DNA of 64,000 nucleotides from Microbotryum violaceum (GCA_001244265.2 CDLV01000005.1:2976001-3040000), one strand, 5' to 3'; positions 12,050 to 25,255 are shown, counted from the stretch's first letter. Notes: generated by a model from the sequence alone, not told the origin. Numbers and translations: made by a program.

Positions 12050-13021
12050 CGCTGAGACTTCTCTCCTTCCGATGCCTTCGGCGTTCGCGAATGGACTAGG
12101 GACAGGATCGGAGGTCGTCGCGCGCGCGGGTAGGATTTTCTCATCAGGCGCCGGGTCAATCGAGTCACAGTTGTCGTCGGTGAGTCGTCGGTGGTGCACA
12201 GGGAGATCTGGCCATCAAAAGCTTGGGATCGAGAAGGTCACACTCGTCGCAGGTGACGCCGTGGAGGGTGCACGCCGAATCATCGAACAGCCGTTCAGCG
12301 CGGCGGAGCTAGGCAGTCAATTGGGTCGTACGCCGGACACGGTAGTCGAGTTTGTCGTTGTTGGGCACGATCCGGAGTACCACAGATGGCATGCGTTGTC
12401 AACCATGGAAAGCCTTCGCTGTTCATCACGAAGCTGTCGATCGAGCGGCAGCCGCAACCACCGTGACCCCAAATCCAGAATTTCGCTTTGTTCTCAGGGC
12501 GATGAGGAAGTGCAGTTAGTCCGCAACGAGGGAGTCTACCGAGTGGATAACAACGTCCCATAGTGCGTCGCCTCGTAAATTGAGATACGCCTTTGACGCC
12601 CAACTCTTGTACCCTTTGGTGTCCTTGAGGTACAAGCGATTGCCCGCCCCATGCACCTCGGGCAGACAAAAGAAAGGGACGATCTTAATCGCGCCGCGCA
12701 GCGGCGAAATAAACCGATCGGATCGGCATCCTGGGCCGGTAGAAACGTTGTTCTCGACGGGAGCAACGTTGCCCCGGGTCAGGCCTGCAACTAAGTCATA
12801 GTCACTACATACACTTACAATGAACTCGGTATGACACGACTAGGCGCACTAGAGAAATGGAATGGAAGGCTATATGTGAGCTGAGTGAAATGATGTGCAG
12901 TACCCTTTGTGCTCGTCAACTTGAACTTGCCCGGGCTGACGGGCGGGAGCAAAACCCAGCATTGAAACACGTGACTAACGGAGGGAGCTTGCAGCCCGCG
13001 CGCCGTGGCGGTCAGCTCCAT
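12050..13021 (-). pseudogene. Putative spliced ORF of unknown function, divergently oriented to the KDZ transposase
   Basis: ATG at 13021, plausible GT..AG introns, and a protein-like segment (FISPLRGAIKIVPFFCLPEVHGAGNRLYLKDTKGYKSW); no family recognised. Confidence 0.3.
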
Positions 13022-13114
13022 GCTCTCGATGGCTTGCTTGCTGAACCAACGACCTGACGTGAGTAGTCGACTACTTCTATAGTCTCACACCCGAACCTGT
13101 CCTACTCAGCAAGC

Positions 13115-16100
13115 ATGCCAACCTCGCGGTTGAAGCCTCGCTTCCCCCGGGTGAAGCCTTCGGACTACCTCGACCATCCCGACTGCCCTGACCAATATGC
13201 CGATGTGCCTCTGGTCCACGTGCACGCGGGACACAGGTTCGTCGACAAGGGTGGGCGCAAGAGGCCGAGGAGGGCCGATGCACAGTCGAGCCACACCGCA
13301 TCTGCGACGTCCGGCGTCAACACCACCACAAATCAACCCGTCCCCGTCACCTCGAGCTCCGTCTCTACCTCCGTCTTGGTCAACGATCTCAACTTCGCCC
13401 AAGGTGATTTCGACGATGGGCAGTCAACAGGGCCATGGGAGCATCAGGACTACGAGTATGAGGATCAAGGTGGCATGGATTCCTCCGACCACTTCAGATA
13501 CTCACCCGACCCGGACTTACAACGCCCGACGCACCAAGAACTCGCAGAGGCAGTTCTCCCCCACCACGCGCATCGGATCCACCTCTTGCCCCCAAACGAG
13601 ACGGCTATCTCATCACGGCCGAGGCCAAACTACGCGAAAGTCGGCGCGCTTCTATGATAGTGCAGGATCTCGCCTTCCGCACCCGCACCCATGGCCGCCT
13701 TCGGCCACTCGTCTCGGAAGATGACAAAGACGACTCGGCTGCTCCTTCACCATGCAACTGCCAACACGAACATGCCATTACTCGCGAGATGGTCCTATAC
13801 GACGTGACTGCATGTAGGTTTAATATGAACCGCATTCGTCGCTTGCTTGATGCCCTTTGACACGCCATTGACCCGGGTATCTCGTTCTGACACGTGACTG
13901 CCTCTGCTCCACATTCTCAGTCTACCCGCTGGCAGTTACCTTCTGCGCCTCCCAACCACCTTGTCTTGCCGACGTCGAACGCTTGGCCCAACTCGGATTC
14001 ATTGCATCGACCGCTGCTAGACCCGAGTCCGCCTTTTCGTTCCGACTGATTGAGTTCGCCGAAGCGTGTTGGAAAGTTAATCCGCACGCCGTCACCGGCT
14101 ATGCCGATGGCCTCGAATTGTACTTCATGCGGTGTGGATGGGGAACTAAGCATAATCATCGGCACCCGTATGTGAGTATCGATTCTGTGTCATAGTGATG
14201 GGGCGAATGCTCGCTTATAGCTTGCGTTCCCATTGATGTTAGGACAAAGAACTGCGGAAGCAATTGCAGCGGGCGATTGACGAATTTCGCGCCGTCCAAA
14301 CACTCGAGAGCGACACCGGAGACGTCATGTTGGGCACTGTCGAGGCTTTGGCCAACAAATGCCCCGCGTATTTCGGGCCGAAACGACTCAACAGATCCCA
14401 TCACGAACTCCAATAGGACTACATGATCGCGCTTGATGGAAATTTTCAACAGACCCGGGAGGATAATTCGATTTACGAAGTCCAAGGGATCGTGCCGAGC
14501 CTGTTTTTGACCGATGAAGCCGTCCTGAGAATGAAGGAAAATGTCGACAAGACATCCAAGCCAAAGAAAATGGTCAGTAACGTGATGAACTCACCAGATA
14601 TGTTGGGTACCCAACTCACCGCGCCATACACTTCCGAAGGCGTGCACAGAGTCATGGAAGGCCGCCGACGTGGGCTCCGAAAAACTTTCGAAGCGCAAGA
14701 TCGACACGGGGCTTGTCGCAGGTGTGTGCCGCCATGGCATCGCACTAGCAATGGTGAACCTTGAGGGTTCGGGTGAAAAGTGAGGGTAGCTGTCTTGGAC
14801 TTGATCACTTTCACTTTCATTCCATTCCATTCCGCTGAAGTTCAGGGTTCTTCCGCCGATCATCAAGGCTGTATTTTGCACTAGCGATTGTCAACCAGAT
14901 TTCCAAGCACGTTCCGACAGAAACCAGGATCGGAGCCTTGTATGACATTGCTTGTAACTTCAAGCACCACATCGAGACGGTCAGTATCGAGCGCCTTGCC
15001 GCTTACCCTCCCAAGCGTTACTAAGTAATTGGCTCGCTGCTGTTCTCGCTTTCTCAGAGGCAGCTAGTGCCTGAGCTCTTCGAACGACTCGAGTTTGCCA
15101 CGAGCGTCTTCCATGCATACGCCCACAGCTGGGGATGCCAAGTCGAATTCAACCCCCGCCTTATTCCAAACTTTGGGTTGACTGATGGAGACGGGTGTGA
15201 GCGACTGTGGAGCGCGTTGCGCTCCCTCATCCCCATCAACCGTCAATCAAATAAATCCCACCGCCTCGTCAACCTGGCGGTCCGCACGCAGGCAGTGAAC
15301 GAGGCGAACGTCGCAAGGTTGGGTCAGTCGTCGGCGCTCGCCGCATCCTGAATGCGCTGACTCTCTGTATCCAATCTAGGTTCTTGGCTCACCCGTCGGT
15401 TTCGCTCAGCCGAGGCTCGAAGGCATGCTGCCCAGGCAGAACTCAGCAGCGTTACCTCCGAAGATGCCAACTGGTCGGAGGAGGCATTCCGCGCCGCTTG
15501 GCAAGAACAGCGAACGGCAGAAGCGTCGAAAACGGCAGCGCAGGGAGCTGAGGAAGATCGCATGAAAGCGAACAAGCTTTACCAGCTTGTCGAGGAATAT
15601 TACAAGATTGAACGCAGAATGTAGGTACTTGACGAAGCATGATTGACCTCGTTTTCAATATGCAGTGACTTATACCTGCTGTGCAGTGACGAGGAAGACT
15701 CTGATCTAGATTTACTCGAAGGACTGAAAGACAAGCAAGGTCGTCTAGCAAGGGACATCGATCTAGCAGCATTCATCGAGGTTTAAAGTGGGCCTGGTCT
15801 CTCCCCTAAAGGTAAGTCGGACCAGATCTGGCTCAGTAGTCGCTTTTTCGCCTTGCGCTAACGAGCTTAGTTGCAATTAAAGATCTGCGTCATCTGTGCC
15901 AGTGCTCTGTTGCATTGCGCAAATTACATCGCGAAGTAATCGCCTACAAGACGAGTCGTGAGAAACTACTATCAACGCGTCGCGGCAGAGGGGGATCGAC
16001 ATTTGGTCAGAGAGGCGCGAGCAAAGCTCGCAAAGTCGAACTCAAGACTCTTTCTGGCGTTGAAAAAGCGCGAAAGACGTACAACAAGGCGGTAAACGCC

Positions 16101-17079
16101 TTCCAAACTGCAGGTGGATCGTCCCCCTCGCACCTCCTCAGCAATTTCCCGATAGCCAGTAGCGGGCATTCGATCATCGAGCTTGAAGAGACGGATTCGT
16201 TCTGGCATGATGGATTCTTCACACACGCTGAAGCGGCATGGGCTACCGATGTGTTAGTCAAGCGCGGGATCGTCGCTGTGCGTAACCTTGATCGAGCCGA
16301 TGAAGAGTTCGCTCGGCTTGGCGCCGAGGTGCGACAGGCTCTAGCTTGGGTCGAGGACGAGCAGGATCTCATATCCAATCGCCAAGCACTCTGGTCAAGT
16401 GCCTTGGGTGAGTTCGTAGATCGGCACTCCTTCAGCACTTCAGTCATTGATGCAGTCTGGCTCGAAACAAACAGAATCCGCTCCAACTATCTATGGTGAG
16501 GATGAACAGCACCGTCTCAGGACTGCAATCGGCGGGTCTGACTACGCAACGGTTCGAGACTGTGCCCTGATCATTCTGGCTGCTCGGATGGAGAATCTTC
16601 GGAAACTCAAGCGTGCCTGGTTTCGTGACAGCTCGTTCCTCGTACTTTGGGACGAAACAAGAGGACCAGCCGGTGATCACGAGCCAATGCCTGCAGCGCT
16701 GGCTACATTCGCAGCGCGCCTGCTGCGGGACGCTAGCAATACCTCTAGGACGGCGTCAGTAACCTGGGGCGGCGCGGGCGAGGCCGCGTCTGTGAATTCC
16801 ACCCCTCTCACAGACACCTCGCCCGTTTCCCAGGTGCCGAACCCGTTATCGCGGATCCACGAGAACGACCGTCAACTCGTGCACCGCATCACGGAGCAGC
16901 TGGATGGCGATATGAGCGTACCCGGCGCAAAAAACCTGCGTGATCTCACACTGCAGCTTGTCGAGCAGGAGAAACGTATGTTGTACGTTTCTGACAGCGC
17001 TTCGGACGAGGGCCACGGCGACGATTCGTCGAGCGAAGCCGACAATGACATGTTGGACTCCGGCTCTGAGGACAACTGA
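13115..17079 (+). mobile_element. KDZ (Kyakuja-Dileera-Zisupton) transposase with CxC1-like domain; multi-intron, degenerate
   Basis: PCNC..., LAQLGFIASTAARPESAFSFRL, ALDGNFQ, DTGLVAGVCRHG, YDIACNF, SVFHAYAHSWGCQ...GLTDGDGCERLWS; in-frame TAG at 14414-14416 and a frameshift near 13655. Confidence 0.9.
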
Positions 17080-17199
17080 CCTGCCGCTCAAGATTATAGA
17101 AACAGCCCATTGTAGTATCATACCTTTGAAAGATCAATGATGCAACGAAGATTATAATCCATTTATACCCGCGCACTTTGTATGTGTGCATCGCAAGAT

Positions 17200-17850
17200 T
17201 TGAATGTATGTGCAAGCGCCATTTCCAATCAACGTCCAACATCACTCGGCGATTCCCCTCCAGTCCCGATCACTCGGGATCACTAGGCGGTTCCCCTTGC
17301 CAGTCCCGAGTGAGTTTTGCTCTCAAAGCGCATGTCACTGCTCGAGTACCCAATACAAAATCCTCTTCAAACTCGGTGAGTGGACTAAGTCAGTATAGCT
17401 AACACATCTCTTGCCCTCGGACGGGGTCGATTCGCAAAGTGTGGATGTGTGTGCAAGCGCTTTTTCAGCCAACACCACTCGACGGCTCCCCTTACCAGTC
17501 CCGAGTGAGTTTTGCTCACAAAGCGCATGTGACTGCTCGAGTACCCAATACAAAATCCTCTTCAAACTCGGTGAGTGGACTAAGTCAGTATAGCTAACAC
17601 ATCTCTTGCCCTCGGACGGGGTCGATTCGCAAAGTGTGGATGTGTGTGCAAGCGCTTTTTCAACCAACACCACTCGGCGGCGCCCCTTACCAGTCCCAAG
17701 TGAGTTTTGCTCTCAAAGCGCATGTGACTGCTCGAGTACCCAATACAAAATCCTCTTCAAACTCGGTGAGTGGGCTAAGTCACTATATTCAACACTTCAA
17801 GTTGGAATGTATGTGCAAGCGCCTTTTCCGACCAACACCGCTCGACGATC
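17200..17850. repeat. Tandem repeat, period about 195 bp, about 3 copies, just downstream of the KDZ ORF
   Basis: CAGTCCC(G/A)AGTGAGTTTTGCTC...GCTCGAGTACCCAATACAAAATCCTCTTCAAACTCGG recurs at about 17300, 17496 and 17691. Confidence 0.95.
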
Positions 17851-17949
17851 CCTGTTCGGCGGTTCCATTTATCATTGCAGCGCTGTCCGTGTCAAGTGCC
17901 TCTGAGTCGCTCGAGAGCGTGAGCTGTCGCGACAGCTGAGCAGGGAGGG

Positions 17950-19660
17950 TGTGACGGAGTAGTAGCAATTCCTCCGCAAATCGGCCGCTAAGAGCCACAT
18001 TCCGTTGTCCGATGATCATCAAACCTTGCGGGGACATCCTTATCTTGCGGTGAGTTCCGGGTCGTTATAAGTTGATGTCGCTAGCTGCAGTGAAATACCA
18101 AGGTCTTCCAGGACCACCAAAATGTCCAGGTACTTCAGTCAGTCACTCTATCATGGTTTTCCGATAATTATGGCAGATAAAAGCTGGGGGCAGTGTCATA
18201 AAGGGACCTCGCGAAGTATACTACTTGTAGGCGTCGGATAAAAGGGCTAGTAGCATTATAACCAACTGGCTGTTTCAACAGGCAGATTCTTCTGACGGCG
18301 GGGGTCAGAAATTATTGTGAGATATATCATATGCATCCTAGAACCGGAAATGGGAGGTGGTACATTGCCCCAGCCTTCTTCCTAGCAGGAGCCTGTGTAG
18401 ATCTCAACGCCGTTCAGAAGTGTAATTAGTGTAAGGCTCGGTAGCTTGGTCGCCTCACGCTATTTAGAGTACCTTCCGATTTCAATACAGATCTATCGAA
18501 ATCGGTAGTCATTGGACCGTGTAGCCTAGTCGTGAAAAGGCGTGGCGTAATACTATTACTACTAGTAGATCAGAATCATTCTATGAGCTGATGTGCGTCC
18601 TGATTTCCACGCTCCGAGTTTAAAAATATCGAAGTAAATCAAATCTCCGAACCTGTAATATGTCTACACTGCATTGCAACCCATCGGAAGGTCAATCGTC
18701 CGCCAGGAATTCTTGAAGTCGCGAGTCCCGAAGCCGGCCTGGGCTACTCAAGCCGTTGATATAGCATAAGAGGCAATTCGACATAACGCCGAGTGACCGA
18801 TGGATGCGACAAGACAGCAAAGCGAGCCTTCCTTCTGTGATGTTTACTTTGCTCATAGAACCAAGTACTTGTTGCTTTAGTGTTAAAAGTCCGACCTTCT
18901 CGACTTGAACCTGATTGGGTCGCTTTGCAAGTGTGGTTGCTTGTCCACAAAGTGAGTTACGTGAAGGCAGAGCTAGTACAGCGTCCACTGCAGAGCTCGA
19001 GAGGCACAAGGGGATAGCTCACGCGCTCACTTCTGAAGAAACATTACCCACAACATACCGAGGTACATGTGTTCAAATATTCTTCAAGCCAAGCACTCGA
19101 GCATAGTCCGACCATACTCCGGGTCCCTCGCGTTCGGTTCCCGGGCCCAGAGAAAGAAGAAGCACCTGAGGAGCTTGGCGCCGGTGAGCATCGCTTACAA
19201 AACATCAAATGTCGAATGATCGATCTACGATTTTTCAAAGACAGCGGTAACTAATCATGACCAAGTTAATCATGATGTGACGAAAAAAGTTTTAGTCACA
19301 AAAAGTGAAACACTACACCCTCCTCGCTGGGTCAAAGATGCCAAGGGGAATTGCGCCCCTCCAGTCACTGATCGCCATGCTTCCAGATTCAGCACGGACC
19401 TTGGCGGACCAGTTGGGCAGTCAGCTTGCTTCGTTCTGCGACGTCCGAGTCGTTGCCCTCTGAATCAGCCCTAGAAATCAATCCTGTTCTTAGAGCATGC
19501 CGCCGTCTTGCTCTTCTGGCGTTTGCTGCCGCCCTGAGCTCCGAGAGAGCTCCGATGCGCTGTCGTCAACGCCGGTCGCAGCGGTAGCCGCCGCTCCGGC
19601 ATCTGCTTCCGCTACTACCTCTTCTACATTGTGGGAATCGGGTTCGCTCGCTGAGCTCAT
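17950..19660 (-). pseudogene. Highly decayed gene, possibly a fungal-type (FunK1/Pkinase_fungal) kinase
   Basis: Fragments LFTTRLHGPMTTDFDRS and RRICLLKQPVG weakly resemble FunK1 motifs; many stops. Confidence 0.2.
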
Positions 19661-20675
19661 AACCTTTTACAGATAAGGACTAAGAGGTACTCCACGAGAT
19701 ACACGAGTGAGATGATGAGAATAGCGTGGCTTTGCAGTAACTAACCTAAGAGGTACTCCACGACTCAGCTCGATACACGAGTGAGATGATGAGAATAGCG
19801 TGGAGAAGAAGACCAGAAAAGAAAAAAAGGACGCAAAGACAGAGATAGGCGCGCACGCAGATTAAAGAATTAACAAGGCTAATAGAAAAGAGTTAGGCTC
19901 TCAGACCCCACTTCTAACATTACTAAAAGTCGATGAGAGTGGGAGGGGAAAAAGAAAAGGTTTGAGAGAGGCGTGGGATGATTTACGGGGCGTCAATTGT
20001 TGCTCAGCCCGTAACCATGCCGATGGTCGGCTGCCGGAATGTACATATACTGACACGGCCCGGCGCGCCGCATCACGTGACAGACGCCAGCCCTCGCCCC
20101 GCGCGTCAGGCGGAGCTCTGCTGTAGAAGCCATGTCATGCAAAGCCACGCGTGATGAGTCTTGAACTGACGGGCTGGATGTACCGATCGGGAAGACGAGT
20201 TACTTGAAGTTGAAAATGGAGAGGCATGAATCACTGAAGCTCGTTAGAGCTGAAGGTTTCGTTTCGAAAAATGGGGGGGTCCTAAGCTCGACGCCCCTCC
20301 CAAAGGGAGGGGTTTGTGAGTTATCGGCGCGCTTGGCCCAGTTGCCCTCCGAGATTTTGGCCCTGAAAAGTGCCCCCTTGCTGTAGCATGGCATATATTG
20401 GTGCTATCTGAAAACTGGAGGGATACGTCTTTACTTCATCATTATTGATGATGCTTCACCGAAGCTTGAAGTCTAGGAACGCTTGATCATCTCGCTACAG
20501 CAGCTTGAATGAACTGATTCCGAACGAGACGCAGGTCGGCGCACGGACCAGTCGTAGTCCAGTCCGCGTCGAAGGAGGTCGAAGGCTGCATAGATCCAGG
20601 TCACTCAAGCCCGGCCGCGCCTCACGCATCCTCTCTCTCCTCCACTCAACATCGCACCTCCCCTCATGATGAGCC

Positions 20676-21545
20676 ATGTCGGTACAAACACCCAGGCCGG
20701 TTAGGGGACCGCGCCGTCGACATCCGTCAATTGAGTTCAGGGCGTCTCCCTTGCGATCAGCTTCAAGGACCAGTCCTACGACCCCAGCACCGAATCATTC
20801 AACCAAACCGACAACCGTTCTCGGTCACTGGAGGCCACGTTTGACTCAGGAGGACCGACGAGATTCCAGCGAATTACGCAAGAAGATCAAAGTTATTCTG
20901 GGCGAAAGTCTTGACGAGGACTCTACCCCCCGGCCTGTGCAGATCGAGGCCATTGCTGCACTTTTCGAACTCGATCAATTTGCGAACCGGGATCGATATG
21001 ACGCTGTGTTCGTCACAGCGCCAACAGGTTCAAGCAAAAGTGTTATTTTCGAAGCACTGTATCTCATTTATGGACACCGGGCCGTCACCATTGTTGTCAG
21101 TCCACTGAATGCACTGAGCAATCATCAGGTGAGTTTTTCTGCCGACTGGGCTTGCTGGACCAACATCCGTGTTGATTTCCGCAGTCATATGCTTCTTTCA
21201 GGCTGCCATTCTCAATCGAAAGGGAAAGAAAGCGGTTGTGGTTTCTGAGGAGACCTGGAGAGAGGCGAGCTGTACAGGCAGTTGGACGACCCCAGTCACA
21301 CGATCTCCTTCATTCTGCTCGTATGTGCCGATTGACCTCCTGTTTGAGTGAAGTGCAGATGTGTTGATTTTCCTTCCTGTTTGCTGCGTGTCAAGTCTCC
21401 TGAAATGCATATCAACAATGCAGATTGGGCAAAGTTGATCTCTAACGAGTCCTTTCGAGAGCGCGTCAAGTTGCTCGTCTATGACGAGGCAATCAAGATC
21501 GCCGAGTGGACGATATATCTGGGCTTTGATCCCGGTTGTAAATGA
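20676..21545 (+). pseudogene. RecQ-like SF2 helicase N-terminal fragment
   Basis: PRPVQIEAI...VTAPTGSSKS (degenerate Walker A), TIVVSPLNALSNHQ, LLVYDEA (Walker B); introns; truncated. Confidence 0.8.
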
Positions 21546-21559
21546 CGAGTCGGATTGGG

Positions 21560-22900
21560 AAGTTGGGAGGAGATGCTGGAGATTGACTCGCGGCAAAGAC
21601 GCTTGCTGTGCAGAGTAGGCTCGAAGGTTGTAAGCGCCGGCAATATCTCCGTTCTGAATGTGGGCGTAACCAAAAGTTCCATGAAGCAGCTCGGTTCGTC
21701 GATCTAATTGCTGATCGTTGACGTGATGTGTGACGTCAATGTTGTCGACGGTCACATGGAAGTACTTGTTCGAGCCAATCTCCTTCAGTTTCGTCTAATT
21801 CGCCTTCGTCAAGCTCGCAGCTGCCTGGAGAGTCGCCCAGCGAGATGTCGTCAAGCCGCAATCGTACAGAAATGTTGTCAATCGGTCGTTCGCTCCACAT
21901 GCGAGAGACATGAGACGTTGCGATGCTGCATGGCGTTGTTCCTTCGGTTGCAAGCGAATGCAATTTGACCCATGACACTGCGGTAAAGCTGCGGCCAGCG
22001 TGTTGATCTTTGGTGTCAGTTCGCTGCGATACCCAGCCGAGCTAGGGTCAGAAACACTCACAAACTCGATACGCCTTTTTTCGTGACCAGGCTCTTACTC
22101 TTGCTCTGGATCGGAACCATTCTCCGGGGTGGCTTCTTCCATCTCGACATCAGTGGAGGCTGTTGCAGTGGGTCCTTGTCGCAATTGATTGGCTCAGCCG
22201 GTGGTGGGTTCGGGAGCCAAGTCATGGCTAACGACGAAGGCGCACTTGGTTCGCTTCATCTCTTTGATGATGATCGAGTCGGCCTGCACGCGGATAAGGC
22301 AAGTATACAGTACCTTTTTCGAATCCGGAGAATCAATCCGAGAAGTACGAAGTGTTGCCCACCTGCTCGGCGATCCAGTCATTGATTCGGCTGCTTGACT
22401 CTGCGCCATCCTCACGTGCAAGTCGTAGAATCAGATCAAGCACACGCTTGAGGCTGGACCAGGTGCTGTTGAACAGCTTTGGTCGGTGTGTTTGAACGCC
22501 TTCAAAGCGTGTGGAAGGGCTGAAGTACCACGACAGGTATTGACATAGCGAGGGATCGCGGTTAGTAGAATATTCAGCGAATAGATCCGCCTCGCGGCGA
22601 TTGTTCTGGCGAGTTGATGAGGTATGGCGTCTGCTTGTTCGGGTCATTTTTGGTTTTAGATATTGTCGCGCTTGACGTGGACGACGGTGATCGTGAAAAG
22701 AGGAGAATAGCGAAGCGGACTGACAGGGATCAAGCCGAACGGAGCAGGCTCGCCGATGACTATGAGAGCGCCACGTACACGATGCGCTCGGGCCATCTGA
22801 GGCGCGATCGACCGAAATCGCAGACTTCGGATCGCTGCAGCTCCACCCACAGCTTATGAAAGCTCTCGCCACTTGGGGGTATGTCATTTTTACAACATGA
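21560..22900 (-). pseudogene. Transposase N-terminal fragment (DUF6589/Academ-like)
   Basis: LACGANDRLTTFLYDCGLTTSRWATLQAAASL...FHVTVDNIDVTHHVNDQQLDRRTELLHGTFGYAH; stops and frameshifts. Confidence 0.65.
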
Positions 22901-23313
22901 AGGAAAACAAAGTCCTTTGCCTTTGCATGGATGCGCCTACTTTCCAAGTTACAGAGAACCACCCCAAAATGGCCCTGAAATTTCGGAGGGGCAGGGGCGC
23001 GCCGATTACTCGTAAGCCCCAGAGGGAGGGCTTAGTTGAGCTTAGGGGGGTCCCAGCCTCGAAAATGATGCTATTCTGAGATTTTATTGGACGAAATGGC
23101 CCCGCGCGTGGCTGTTGAAGCTTTGAAGTCCCATAGGAGAGCCCGATTTCAGCGCCGATCGGTTTGAACAATGCTCCCCCGGATAGGAGGACCCCGGCTA
23201 AGCGCGCCGATCATTATGTAGTACATACTGCTTTGCTCTAACTTGGACCGAGTTTCCTCGCATTTCTAAGACAGGCTATTACACAACCGCCGTCATGTCA
23301 CTGCTTTCTGATC

Positions 23314-24613
23314 TTGTACACCTCCGCACCATCGAGGTCAGCCCACTGCAGTGCACAACGCTCGAATTTCAGCAACGTGTTAAGCCTCGCGTCCACTGGC
23401 ACTAGCGACAGCCGATCCTCCCGCCGTACCGATCAAGCACAGTATGTGTATTCCGGTCCGCTCTTACGCAACAGTCCAGTGTCAGCACTCGATGATGTGG
23501 TTGTCAAATGCAGTCTTGGGCAGCTCGTGTGCAGCAGCATTAACTTTAGCATGGATCTCCTGAAGGAGCTTTTTCGCCGGGCGCACCACGTGGAAGGATA
23601 CTCCAGGAGGAACCCGCTTGCGAAAGACTTACAAGCGCTCCTTGGGTCGTGCGATCCCAATTGTAATGCTTGTTCAAATGGGCATGTTTTCAGAAGGCAA
23701 CAAGTGGCGAGTCCCGCGACTCCGCCACTGCACGTCGTCATTGTTTCCCCGAGCACAGAGCATACGCATCAAAACCTGTTGACGTGCTTCGAGCCTGACT
23801 GAACGAGGAAGTCCAGAAGAATCGCGAGAACGTCTCAGCGACTCACTGACTCTAAACAAATGCTGCACAGACGTCCACCGTTGCATCCCGAACCCGCACA
23901 AGAAGATCCCGGGAAAGTGATATCGCATTCTGCGCCAGCATCCGATCAGTCCAAGACCGAGATCCGTTCTGAACGGAATGATTACTTCACCGACGCTCGT
24001 TCCCGTCTCCTCTGCTGCCTGGTGTGTTCCGAGAGAGTCTTCGGGCATAACGTACGATGGGTGCCTGAAGACGACACCAAGCGTGAGGAATAAGCGATTT
24101 GGAGGGGATTAACCAACTCTACACTACGGACGTACCTCCGAATTACGATTTTTCAGCTTGACGGGGCGCGCTCAACCATCCCCGACGTCTCCATCGACCG
24201 AGCCATTCAATCGATCAGATCGCGTACTCCCACGAACCACACGCTTCAGTGCTTTCCCATTCATCGTCTCGAACATGCTCCGCCGACGAGAACAGTTTCG
24301 CCAACTCGCTTTTCCGGTCGCCAAAGAGAAGATGGCTCGAAGCGCAACAGCACTGCTCGAAATCGACATGGATGTTGTGTCCGAAATGATCAAAAAATTC
24401 AAGGACACGAAAAGGTACAAGGCAACAACAGAAGCAGAGAAGCATATCAACCATATTCTGGCGGAATTGCAAAGTTTCGGAGACAAACTTCACGGCACAA
24501 CTGCGCAGATGCTCGACATGAGGAATGAGATCCGCGGATACGTCAACGCATTCCATATGTACACCCTCTTCGTCACCGTCAATTCTGCAGATTTACACTC
24601 ACCGTTGCGATGA
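23314..24613 (+). pseudogene. Helitron Rep/helicase N-terminal relic (Helitron_like_N)
   Basis: CCLVCSERVF; FPFIVSNMLRRR...LHGTTAQMLDMRNEIRGYVNAFHMYTLFVTVNSADLHSP. Confidence 0.85.
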
Positions 24614-25255
24614 CGAGGTATCTCACAGCCTTGGGCACATCAAGGACGAGTTTCTCGACCAAGCAGATACCGTTTAGGCCAACGACAAAAAGTCATCTAA
24701 TCGTGGGTTGCAACGCTCTTCCGACTGTGAAAGATCTGTGGGGGAATACCGACACTCCATGCCATTTGATTCCCATGTCTCTCAGTAATGGGCATATTCA
24801 CCACGCCTAGCCAGGCTGTCTCGCGCCCAAGTCGCTTTCGGAAGTCCCGATCTCTCAACGTCAACTGAGACCACTTCTTATAGCTGACTTCGGTGAACGC
24901 GCGATGTGGGTCCCCGGCGCTGACGACCACATGCGAACACAAACTCGTCCAGGCGCGGACTGTGACATGGGCGATGTCGAGGATCTCAACTTATGCATTT
25001 ACACCCCGGCTCTCGATCCATGGCACGTTCTTGATTAAATTAGCTGACGCTGTCAGTCGGTGTTACTCCGTCAGAGGTTCAGGGACCGTCGCCCCCTCCG
25101 GGGGCGCGTTAATTTAATGACCAACTAAACAAGGCAGGGACTCATAGAGGGGAACAACGAGAGGGAGGGAGGGGATTTAAATCTGAAAGGAGTGCGACGT
25201 GTGACCTGCGACGACCGAGGCGGGTCGTCTGTAACCCCATGGACGCCAGCGACCA

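Larger units (their letters stand above)
20255..23220. mobile_element. Internally deleted AcademH-like DNA transposon (convergent RecQ-like helicase and DUF6589-like transposase, long imperfect TIRs)
   Basis: Imperfect inverted repeats at about 20255-20365 and 22970-23070 bracket the two convergent 5' gene fragments; the left end appears truncated. Confidence 0.7.
20231..25112 (+). mobile_element. Helitron2/Helentron-type non-autonomous element (about 4.9 kb), no TSD, carrying an AcademH-like fragment
   Basis: The empty site GCATGAA/TTTAATGACC is visible in the paralogue at about 8570. 5' TCACTGAAGCTC pairs 10/12 with subterminal GAGGTTCAGGGA (25074-25085). 5' hairpin AGCTC-GTTA-GAGCT; 3' hairpin CGCCCCC-TCC-GGGGGCG; internal Rep relic. 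Ends are ambiguous by 1 nt. Confidence 0.85.

Noticed and set aside
17200..17850. CRISPR-like array
   Set aside because: Whole 195-bp units repeat with no unique spacers; eukaryotic context and no cas genes
11475..17885. Firm TIR/TSD boundaries for the KDZ element
   Set aside because: Terminal similarity is weak and the flanking 8-mers do not match, so not listed as a feature
19679..19803. Local duplication of about 50 bp (CTAAGAGGTACTCCACGA...GAGAATAGCGTGG)
   Set aside because: Looks like a simple repair or slippage duplication with no further structure
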